DNA of 64,000 bases, from NCBI GenBank assembly GCA_002437665.1, contig DJQW01000002.1, positions 80,364 through 144,363 on the forward strand, read 5' to 3'. Below, in pieces: positions 29,349 through 37,473 of this stretch (positions within the stretch are counted from its first letter, which is position 1; each line of letters starts with the position of its first letter). Position numbers and translations under genes: made by a program. The DNA is from Alphaproteobacteria bacterium UBA6376. GTDB taxonomy: Bacteria > Pseudomonadota > Alphaproteobacteria > Rs-D84. Under the pieces are notes generated by a model. The model did not search any database. It was not told the origin of the DNA and saw nothing but the letters and a program-made list of their open reading frames with translations.

Positions 29349-30268
29349 TGGTCAAGATAAAATCATTAAATCATGGTCGGGAAACATATGCGGTGTATTA
29401 CGGCAAAGATTTCGTGCTGAAACGCCCACTGCCCAACATGGGTCAGGCCGCGATGGACGCATGGTTGGTCAAACAGCATAAAACCCAGACCGCCATTGAC
29501 CGCATTCGCGCCGTCGGCAACCCACTGTACAACGTGCCCGAAATGCGATTCATCAACGACGACGAATACCAAATTCTGGAAGAACGCGCCCCGGGACAAC
29601 CACTGGGCCGCGACCTGTATCGCAAATTATCGCGCCGCCAGCGTTTTGAAATCATCAACAGTTTGGGCAGTTTTCTGGTCGACATGAACGAATCCATGCC
29701 GATTGGCGACACCCAAATGCACAAAATTGCCGAAGAATTAAAGTTCAACCGCTTGGACAACTTTATCGAAACCAAGATGTCAAATTGGTTCACCAAAAAC
29801 GAAGTAATCCAAATGGCGCGCATTCGCGACCAAATCGGCACATTTGAATACCCAACGCGTATGGCGTGGTCACATTGCGACCTGAACGCGGGCAATGTCT
29901 TGTACGACCCCGACACCAGCAAATTATCATTCATTGATTTTGCAGAGGCCGGATACCGTTTTATCTATCGCGACATATTCGCGTCGTTACAGATTGAATT
30001 AGGCATATTCAAACAGGTCTATGACGTGTACACCAAAATGCATGCCAAGAACCTGTGGTCTATGCCCAGCGCAAAGAACGACACCCTGCGCGACATTATG
30101 AAATACCGCATTATGGTTGTGTGGCTGAAACGCTTTATCAAGGCGGCCGATGACCTGCGCACGACGCCCCAGAACGCCAAGAGCGAGAATAACAATCTGG
30201 AAAAACTGGCATTTATGCGCGAACAAATGATAAATTTCCAAAATCTGGAACGCCAGTTTCAAAAGTAA
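29348..30268 (+). CDS. Aminoglycoside-phosphotransferase/protein-kinase-like fold protein (APH/CotH/HipA-like superfamily).
   Basis: Catalytic-loop-like motif WSHCDLNAGNVLYDP followed by SFIDFAEAGY (Brenner motif HxDxxxxN plus a DFG-like IDF). Translationally coupled to the Fic-like gene. Confidence 0.55.
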   Translation: MVKIKSLNHGRETYAVYYGKDFVLKRPLPNMGQAAMDAWLVKQHKTQTAIDRIRAVGNPLYNVPEMRFINDDEYQILEERAPGQPLGRDLYRKLSRRQRFEIINSLGSFLVDMNESMPIGDTQMHKIAEELKFNRLDNFIETKMSNWFTKNEVIQMARIRDQIGTFEYPTRMAWSHCDLNAGNVLYDPDTSKLSFIDFAEAGYRFIYRDIFASLQIELGIFKQVYDVYTKMHAKNLWSMPSAKNDTLRDIMKYRIMVVWLKRFIKAADDLRTTPQNAKSENNNLEKLAFMREQMINFQNLERQFQK

Positions 30269-30269
30269 A

Positions 30270-30700
30270 AGTTCCCCCGCATTGAAAGGGTGGCGCACAC
30301 CTGTGCGACGGGGTGGTCGAGAAAGCCCGTAATTATAGATTGAGGTTTTCAGGACAAAAGACCACCTCCCCCTATCGGGTACTCCTCCACAGGAGGAGAA
30401 CTCAGTCCACAACAAGAACGTAGCAAGTTCCCCTCCGGTGGAGGGGTGGCGCGAACGCGACGGGGTGGTCTTTTATTTTGCTCGCGTTGCTCGCACTGCT
30501 TAGTCCCTATTCCTGCCTGCGCAGGAATGACAAGGGTGCTTTGTAAAGAAAATACGCAGTCCGCAGGCGACACACGTGCTAGAAACTCTGTCATTGCGAG
30601 GAATGAAATGACGAAGCAATCCAGTAAATAAAAAAGTGCGCCAACGGCGGACACACTCATTGCTCTCTGCTCTCTGCGCTTTGCTCTCTGTCACAGCGTC
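30270..30700. repeat. Second cluster of mosaic intergenic repeats. It has ~115-bp structured modules (1.5 copies at 30304-30480), ATTCCTGCCTGCGCAGGAAT at 30513-30532, TGTCATTGCGAGGAATGAAATGACGAAGCAATCCAGT at 30589-30625, and CTCTCTG short repeats at 30660-30700.
   Basis: Shows 80-95% identity to the modules in 16440-17040. Confidence 0.8.
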
Positions 30701-30732
30701 AGCGGAGACGGTTCACTTTATCACTAATAGTG

Positions 30733-31803
30733 TTATTCTTCTTTGAACAATCGGGCGGGATCAACCGCGGCATCGCCACGGCGAACCTCCAAATACATTT
30801 CTGGCTTGTCGGGATTCATGCGACCAATCGGTTCGCCCGCCAGAACATCTTGGCCAACCATAACGTCGATATCGCCCAAATTCGTCATAACCGTGTTATA
30901 CCCATTCTTGTGCGACATAATCACAACACGCCCGAATCCGCGAAAACTGTCGGCAAATTTAACCGTGCCGTCCGCCGGCGCAAGCACCAGTGCATCGCCA
31001 CGCGTGCGAATGCGCCAACCATCTGATTTCAGCCCCAGTGCGGTCTTTTCGCCAAAGTGCACCACCACGCGGCCGCGCACCGGCTGGTTCAATTTACGAT
31101 ATGAAAAACGTGCATCACCGGACATTTGCGAACTCCCCACGCCGGCGGACAATTCCGAAATACTTTTTGCGCGCGCCGACAATTCACGCAACTTTTTTTG
31201 CAGGGCTGCCTGCTCGCTCTTTAACTGCTCGTTCTGGGCGGCGCGCGTACGCAACAATTTGTCCAACTGATTCTTTTCCGCGGCGTATTTTTTCGCGGTG
31301 CGGTCTAACTTTTCCTTTTCAATCGCGCGCGCATCACGGATTTTCGCCAATTCTTGGATTTGCTTGGTGGCGTTTTGAATTTCGTCATCGAATCGCATTG
31401 CCGCCCCAGACAACACCGCCGACGTCAAGACATACTCGCGCATATTGTCGGTATCAAAACTGGGGTGCGATGCCACGAACAATATACTGGCCGCCGCATC
31501 AGAAATACGCGTCTGGTTTGCATCCAACGATTTCTGCAACTTGTCACGCTGGGCATCCAAATCCGCAATTTTGCGCGCGACCGCGCCGCGTTGCTCTTCC
31601 AAATTGCTGACCTGTTCACCGGCGCGCACCAGTTTCTTTTTGGTGGACGCAACCTCGCGCTCCGATGTCTGAACCCGCTGGGTCAGTTTTTTGTTTTGCG
31701 CCTTGGTCTGCTCGATCTGGGCATTGATGCGTGACAGTTCACTGGTGGCGCGCACAGGGCACGTCGCCAATGCAACCATCAAAAACAGCACCAATTTTTT
31801 CAT
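30733..31803 (-). CDS. M23 family metallopeptidase with an N-terminal coiled coil (EnvC/NlpD-like).
   Basis: Signal peptide, long coiled-coil region, and a C-terminal LytM/M23 domain (…PVRGRVVVHFGE…GWRIRTRGDALVLAPADGTV…). Confidence 0.8.
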   Translation of the reverse strand: MKKLVLFLMVALATCPVRATSELSRINAQIEQTKAQNKKLTQRVQTSEREVASTKKKLVRAGEQVSNLEEQRGAVARKIADLDAQRDKLQKSLDANQTRISDAAASILFVASHPSFDTDNMREYVLTSAVLSGAAMRFDDEIQNATKQIQELAKIRDARAIEKEKLDRTAKKYAAEKNQLDKLLRTRAAQNEQLKSEQAALQKKLRELSARAKSISELSAGVGSSQMSGDARFSYRKLNQPVRGRVVVHFGEKTALGLKSDGWRIRTRGDALVLAPADGTVKFADSFRGFGRVVIMSHKNGYNTVMTNLGDIDVMVGQDVLAGEPIGRMNPDKPEMYLEVRRGDAAVDPARLFKEE

Positions 31804-33098
31804 TATTTTTTCACAACGCGCAAGAATGTTTTTTTACCCTTTTGCACGATGATTTCGTCCGCCGGCGCAACCATGTGTTTCGGGTCTATGATTTTTTCAC
31901 CATCCAGTTGAATACCACCCTGTTCCACGTTACGACGGGCCTCGGACTTGGACGTGAATAATCCCGCCGCGCACAAGAAATCCAAGATACCCATTGCCGC
32001 ATCAAATTCAATTTGTGCCTGTGGCATATTTTCGGATTTTGCGCCGCCACCAAATAACGCGTCCGCCGCATCTTGGGCTGCAACCGCCGCATCGTGACCG
32101 TGCGCGATTTCCGTCGCAGCAAACGCCAACACGCGCTTTACCGCGTTCAGCTCCGCCCCGCGCGCCGCGGCCAGACGCGCAATTTCGTCCAATGGAATTT
32201 CGGTGAAAATCTTCAAGAATTTTTCAACCAAATCATCCGGCGTATTGCGGAAATACTGATAGTATTCATATGGCGACGTTTTTTCTTCGTTCACCCAAAC
32301 GGCGTTGCCGGCGGATTTACCAATCTTGTTACCATTGGCGTCCGTAATCAACTGGGTCGACAGGACAAAAACCTCTTTGCCACATTTTTTACGCACCAGT
32401 TCAACACCCATAACACAGTTGCCCCACTGGTCTGCGCCACACAGTTGCACCGTGCATCCGTATTTTTTGTACAAGGTCAGGAAATCGACCGCTTGGAATG
32501 TCATATAATTAAATTCCAAGAATGTCATACCATTTTCCAATCTGCGGCGAACACTTTCCATACCCAGCATACGTGGCACGGTAAAGTCCGTTCCAAATTC
32601 GCGCAGGAAATCCATATGGCTGTACCCAGACATCCATTCGTTGTTATCAACCATCACCGCGCCAGTCGGCGTGCCATCAAAATGAATAAACTTTTCGATT
32701 GAATGGCGCAACCCCGCACAGTTATGTTCAATTTGTTCGTCGGTCAACATCGGACGCCCCTTGTCGCGACCCGATGGGTCACCAATGCGCCCCGTTGCAC
32801 CACCAACCAACGCGATTGGACGATGACCATATTTTTGAAACCAACGCATCAGCATCAGCGACGCCAAATGCCCAACATGCAAAGAATCCCCCGTTGGATC
32901 AGTTCCCCAATATGCCGTCACATGACCCGCATTTAACGCATCATTCAGCGCATCCATATTAGACGCCTGATTGATAAAACCGCGCGCCTCTAATTCCTGT
33001 AATAATTCGTTTTTCATTTGCAAATTCCTTATGTCCACAATGCTAGCAGAGTTTCGTCCCCCGCGCAAATGTTTTATATCGCGACGGAGCGTAAACAA
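31803..33098 (-). CDS. tyrS: Tyrosyl-tRNA synthetase.
   Basis: HIGH-like motif (SLHVGHL) and a KMSKS-like motif (KIGKSAGN). C-terminal S4-like domain. 431 aa. Confidence 0.92.
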   Translation of the reverse strand: MFTLRRDIKHLRGGRNSASIVDIRNLQMKNELLQELEARGFINQASNMDALNDALNAGHVTAYWGTDPTGDSLHVGHLASLMLMRWFQKYGHRPIALVGGATGRIGDPSGRDKGRPMLTDEQIEHNCAGLRHSIEKFIHFDGTPTGAVMVDNNEWMSGYSHMDFLREFGTDFTVPRMLGMESVRRRLENGMTFLEFNYMTFQAVDFLTLYKKYGCTVQLCGADQWGNCVMGVELVRKKCGKEVFVLSTQLITDANGNKIGKSAGNAVWVNEEKTSPYEYYQYFRNTPDDLVEKFLKIFTEIPLDEIARLAAARGAELNAVKRVLAFAATEIAHGHDAAVAAQDAADALFGGGAKSENMPQAQIEFDAAMGILDFLCAAGLFTSKSEARRNVEQGGIQLDGEKIIDPKHMVAPADEIIVQKGKKTFLRVVKK

Positions 33099-33099
33099 C

Positions 33100-33235
33100 A
33101 GTGCTACGCAACACTATTTACTGGATTGCTTCGTTACACTCGCAATGACAGTGGTTCTAGTTCTTTTGTCATTGCGAGCAAGCGTAGCGACGCGTGGCAA
33201 TCCAGTTGATAAAAGCACGAATTGTCTTCATAAAA
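33100..33235. repeat. Intergenic mosaic repeat: two TGTCATTGCGAG...GCAATCCAGT units in inverted orientation.
   Basis: 33118-33155 is the reverse complement of the unit found at 49016-49052. 33168-33212 is a variant of the unit at 13786-13817. Confidence 0.75.
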
Positions 33236-33279
33236 AATACCGCCGAACGGCGGTATTTTTTTGTTTTCCAAATGTTGTA

Positions 33280-34149
33280 TTATGCCAACATTTTTGCGAC
33301 TTCGTCCGCCAAGTTATCTTCGCGTTTCTGGATACCTTCGCCCAGTACGTAATATGCATAACCGGCCAGTTTGCCACCGTGTTCGGCGACAACTTCTTTG
33401 ACTGTCTTGGACGGATCCATAACGAATGGCTGTTCTTCCAGAACAGTTTCCGCATAGTATTTGTGGATACGACCCTGAACCATCTTTTCAACAACGGCCT
33501 CTGGCTTGCCAGCGGTTGCACCGGATTCAATGAACACTTTCTTTTCGCGTTCAACGGCGGCTGGATCAACATCAGCGATTGTCATAAATTCTGGTTTATT
33601 CGCTGCAATGTGCATTGCAATCTTGTTACCGATTTCATCGATTTTTTCAGAATCACCATCGATTGCAACCGCAACACCAATCTGGCCCATACCTGGAACC
33701 AAGGCGTTGTGAATGTATGTGTAGATGTGCTGACCTGAAACCTTGGCAATACGGCGCAAGTTCATATTTTCACCGATTGTGGAAATAGTCGCTGCGATAT
33801 CGTCTTTGACTGCGGACAATGTGGCGTCGAAATCACCACCCAGTTCCAATGCCTTGGCCGCAACGTCGGCAACCAATTTCTGGAACTTGTCATTTTTCGC
33901 GACAAAGTCAGTTTCGGCGTTCAATTCAACAACACAGCCCATATTATCGCATTTTACAACGGTAACCAAGCCCGATGCCGCAACACGGCCGGCTTTGGAC
34001 GCTGCTTTGACAATACCTTTCTGACGCAGCCAGTCAGCCGCGGCTTCGATATCGCCATTTGATTCAACCAAGGCCTTTTTGCAGTCCATCATACCTGCGG
34101 CTGTTTTTTCGCGCAGTTCCTGAATCATTTTTGCTGTTATTTCTGCCAT
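33280..34149 (-). CDS. tsf: Elongation factor Ts.
   Basis: N-terminus MAEITAKMIQELREKTAAGMMDCKKAL is canonical EF-Ts. 289 aa. Confidence 0.97.
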   Translation of the reverse strand: MAEITAKMIQELREKTAAGMMDCKKALVESNGDIEAAADWLRQKGIVKAASKAGRVAASGLVTVVKCDNMGCVVELNAETDFVAKNDKFQKLVADVAAKALELGGDFDATLSAVKDDIAATISTIGENMNLRRIAKVSGQHIYTYIHNALVPGMGQIGVAVAIDGDSEKIDEIGNKIAMHIAANKPEFMTIADVDPAAVEREKKVFIESGATAGKPEAVVEKMVQGRIHKYYAETVLEEQPFVMDPSKTVKEVVAEHGGKLAGYAYYVLGEGIQKREDNLADEVAKMLA

Positions 34150-34463
34150 AGTTTTCCCCCTAGGATATAGTTTTTGATTTTAAGTAATTTCTGGTACTTG
34201 GCCACGCGTGCGACACAGCGCGCACGCTGAATTGCACTGCTGGCGTCGCGTGCCAATGGGCCATACACCCCACGCACACGCGCCACATATCCCATGCATT
34301 GACCAGTGGTTCTGTCGACGCACATATATGCAACGGCATCACCCTGATAAAACATGTCTGTGGCAAAATAGCGAACGCCCGCCGACGATGTTACGTATTC
34401 ACCACGTTCATTCAATATTTTTCTGATTGAATCCAGTGATGGGGCGTCGCTATATTTGCTCAT
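34137..34463 (-). CDS. Hypothetical 108-aa protein encoded between rpsB and tsf.
   Basis: The ORF fills the rpsB-tsf intergenic gap exactly. It starts 13 nt after the rpsB stop and overlaps the tsf start by 13 nt. A weak SD (AGG) is present. No recognizable family. Confidence 0.35.
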   Translation of the reverse strand: MSKYSDAPSLDSIRKILNERGEYVTSSAGVRYFATDMFYQGDAVAYMCVDRTTGQCMGYVARVRGVYGPLARDASSAIQRARCVARVAKYQKLLKIKNYILGGKLWQK

Positions 34464-34475
34464 TCTGTAATGACC

Positions 34476-35321
34476 TTATTTGTCGGCTTTGTCGGCCAAT
34501 TTGCCACGGCGTTCTGCGCGTGCTTCTGATGTTTTGGATTTCTGACGTGCTTCTTTGTCTTTTACGCCCGCTTCGAAATCATCGGCCTCAGACATGTCTG
34601 CTTCGACCTTTTTACCAGCCGCACCGCCCAGACGTTTTTCAATACCGGACAGGATTGCGTCAACGAACAGGTCACAGTACAACTGGGTTGCACGTGCCGC
34701 GTCGTCGTTACCTGGTACTGGGTAATCAACCAATTCTGGATTCGCGTTTGTATCGCAGATAGCGATTGTCGGAATGTCCAGATTGCGCGCTTCGCGGACT
34801 GCATTGATTTCACGTGGAACATCAATGACAATCATCGCCTGTGGTGTGCCATGCATTTCCAAAATACCACCAAAGATTTCACGCAGTTTTTCAACTTCTT
34901 TGGTCATAACGCCAACTTCTTTCTTGGTCAAGCCCAATTTGTCAGCATTTTCGATATCGGATTCCATCTTTTTCAGACGGCGAATTGACTGCGAAACCGT
35001 TGTCCAGTTTGTCAACATACCACCCAACCAGCGGTTATTGACATAGTATTGACCGCAACGTTCAGCCGCATCTTTGACGATGTCTTTGGCCTGATGTTTG
35101 GTCGCAACAAACAGAACCTTGCCGCCGGCGGCTGTGATTGCTTCCAATGCAACCAACGCGCGATACAGCAACGGTGCAGTTTTGTTCAAATTGATGATGT
35201 GAATTTTATCTTTGACCCCATAAACATACGGTGTCATCAACGGATTCCAGCGACGTGTGTGGTGACCAAAATGGACGCCCGCTTCCATCAACTGTTTCAT
35301 AGTAAATGTAGGCAATGCCAT
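34476..35321 (-). CDS. rpsB: 30S ribosomal protein S2.
   Basis: MKQLMEAGVHFGHHTRRWNP... is canonical S2. 281 aa. The start is alternatively at 35300. Confidence 0.97.
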   Translation of the reverse strand: MALPTFTMKQLMEAGVHFGHHTRRWNPLMTPYVYGVKDKIHIINLNKTAPLLYRALVALEAITAAGGKVLFVATKHQAKDIVKDAAERCGQYYVNNRWLGGMLTNWTTVSQSIRRLKKMESDIENADKLGLTKKEVGVMTKEVEKLREIFGGILEMHGTPQAMIVIDVPREINAVREARNLDIPTIAICDTNANPELVDYPVPGNDDAARATQLYCDLFVDAILSGIEKRLGGAAGKKVEADMSEADDFEAGVKDKEARQKSKTSEARAERRGKLADKADK

Positions 35322-35540
35322 GATTTTTTCCTTTTTCTGTTGTTATCCTCGTCGTGGACGCCATACCAGATTTTATTGCAAACCCAGACAGAAAATAGCC
35401 CAACGACTGTGTTCTTCACGCTTGCACGTGTACCCCGATACTAAACCAAACACCCATAAAAATCAAGCACAAATTGACAAAAATGAATAAATTCAAATAT
35501 AAAATCACAGGTTGACAAAAATATTTTATGTGTCTACAAT

Positions 35541-37376
35541 TTGCATATGAATTTATGGCGACGCATTTTGACCGCAACCGTAATTATTGGAATATCAACT
35601 GGAAATTCCATGGCGGCACGCGATTGCACCAATCCGACATATCGCCACAATAATCCCGATGAATGCAGTATGTTTTTTGGCGGCGGTGTTGCACTGATTG
35701 GCACATCCACAATCGCGGCCAGTGCCGTTGCGCTGGTTGGTCTGTCGTTGGGTGGCGGCGGTGGTTCTGTGCACAGCAGCACCCCAAACGCAACATACGT
35801 CCAGCCCACACGCAGCATATATAATTATGTCGGTGGCGACATTGATGCAGCGCATCTGGCCGGTATTCGCCAAGAAACCGTATACCAGCGCAATCTGGAT
35901 CAGTACAACACCATTCGTCTGGCATGGTCATTGGCACGCGGTTTTACCGGTCGTGGCACAGAAATTGCCGTACTGGACGCCGGCCCCGACACATGGCACG
36001 GCAAAACGGTTGCATCATTCGCATCTGGCGCGGTTGCACCAAACGCCACCGTCCGCGAATATAAAATCACAGACGCCAATATGGACTTTATACCATTTTC
36101 AGAAATTGGTGATGTTATTGCCCATGCCCACACCGCGGATGTATATAATGCCAGTTGGTCTGTTGAAATGCGCGCAACCCAGTTGAAATCGCGCCATCAA
36201 CTGATGCAACTGACCGATGCCAATTTTGTAAATCAAATATCAGATGCCGCAACCCAGCGCGACGCGATTTTCGTATGGGCGGCGGGCAATGACGGCAGCA
36301 GTCAATCCAGTGCGCTGTCCGCCCTGCCCGTTGTTATGCCGGAATTGGACGGTCACTTTATAAATGTTGTTGCATATGATGATGCGACCGGCGCATTGGC
36401 CGATTACAGTAATGCATGCGGCATCACGATGAATTGGTGCATAACCGCCCCTGGGACACTCAGTACCGGCAAAACCATTGCCGCGGGGACAAGTTTCGCC
36501 GCCCCAATCGTATCGGCGGCAATCGCCGTATTGCGCGAGGCATTTCCATACATGACCGCATCGCAAATTACGTCGCTGTTGTTTGAAACCGCGCGTGATT
36601 TGGGCGCAGATGGCGTCGACCCAATCTATGGCCACGGCATGTTGGATTTGGAACGCGCAACCCGCCCTGTGGGCGCGGAATTGATTCCGTTGGACAATGG
36701 CGCAACGCAACCTCTGTCCACCGCGCGCGCATCGGGCCAGATTGCCCATAAAATCAAAAGTGCAAATCCGAAATTCGCATTTGTTGACGCATACGGGCGC
36801 GCATTTAACACCGATTTAGGCAAAAATATATCTGTTCAAAACCCATCAATCGGTTGGCAACACCTGCGCAGCAATAATATTGCGGCATTTCGTACCGGCA
36901 ATATTGAATTTGGACTGCGCGAAATGGACATTTTACCAACAGATGGCGCACTGGGTACAAACAACCGCAATTTAATCAGTTTTATTGGTACAACCAACAC
37001 GTGGGATTGGAATAATATCGAACTGTTCCAGACGTCCACAATCGGTTTTGCCCGCGCCCAGACGAATGAAAATTCACTGATGACCGCGACATCCGACATC
37101 ACAACCGCATCGGTTGCATTTGGCGCAAATATTGGCGAATTTACATTTGCCGCCGCAATCCCAGACACCGTGATTGGCGGGAATATGACATTGCGCCTGC
37201 CGACGGGACGCGCGGCGGGTGGCGAAATAATCTTTAATGATTACACCATTGATTTGGTAGCGCGCCCATCGGTTGAATTTACAGGAAAATACAAGTTCCT
37301 GACCGTTGGTTTTGTCGATAACCCATACGGCACAGACGAACTGTTTGTCGTAGGCAAATGGAAACTGGAATTTTAA
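35541..37376 (+). CDS. Secreted subtilisin-like serine peptidase (S8) with a C-terminal ~250-aa beta-rich extension ending in Phe. This may be an autotransporter-like or outer-membrane anchor.
   Basis: Signal peptide. Catalytic triad contexts AVLDAG (Asp), HGK/HGT (His), GTSFAAPIVSAAIAVL (Ser). Promoter TTGACA-N17-TACAAT upstream. Confidence 0.8.
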   Translation: MHMNLWRRILTATVIIGISTGNSMAARDCTNPTYRHNNPDECSMFFGGGVALIGTSTIAASAVALVGLSLGGGGGSVHSSTPNATYVQPTRSIYNYVGGDIDAAHLAGIRQETVYQRNLDQYNTIRLAWSLARGFTGRGTEIAVLDAGPDTWHGKTVASFASGAVAPNATVREYKITDANMDFIPFSEIGDVIAHAHTADVYNASWSVEMRATQLKSRHQLMQLTDANFVNQISDAATQRDAIFVWAAGNDGSSQSSALSALPVVMPELDGHFINVVAYDDATGALADYSNACGITMNWCITAPGTLSTGKTIAAGTSFAAPIVSAAIAVLREAFPYMTASQITSLLFETARDLGADGVDPIYGHGMLDLERATRPVGAELIPLDNGATQPLSTARASGQIAHKIKSANPKFAFVDAYGRAFNTDLGKNISVQNPSIGWQHLRSNNIAAFRTGNIEFGLREMDILPTDGALGTNNRNLISFIGTTNTWDWNNIELFQTSTIGFARAQTNENSLMTATSDITTASVAFGANIGEFTFAAAIPDTVIGGNMTLRLPTGRAAGGEIIFNDYTIDLVARPSVEFTGKYKFLTVGFVDNPYGTDELFVVGKWKLEF

Positions 37377-37473
37377 CCCACCACAGTCCCAGAAAATTTT
37401 AACATATTTACTTGTCTTTTCACTATTTGCCATCTAAAATACACCTGCAATACAGGAAGGGGATTTTTACACC

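Noticed and set aside
35322-35540. The possibility of a regulatory ncRNA in the 219-bp rpsB / S8-protease divergent intergenic region.
   Set aside because: The sequence is AT-rich, with clear divergent promoter hexamers (TTGACA...TACAAT). No stable structure or repeat was recognized.
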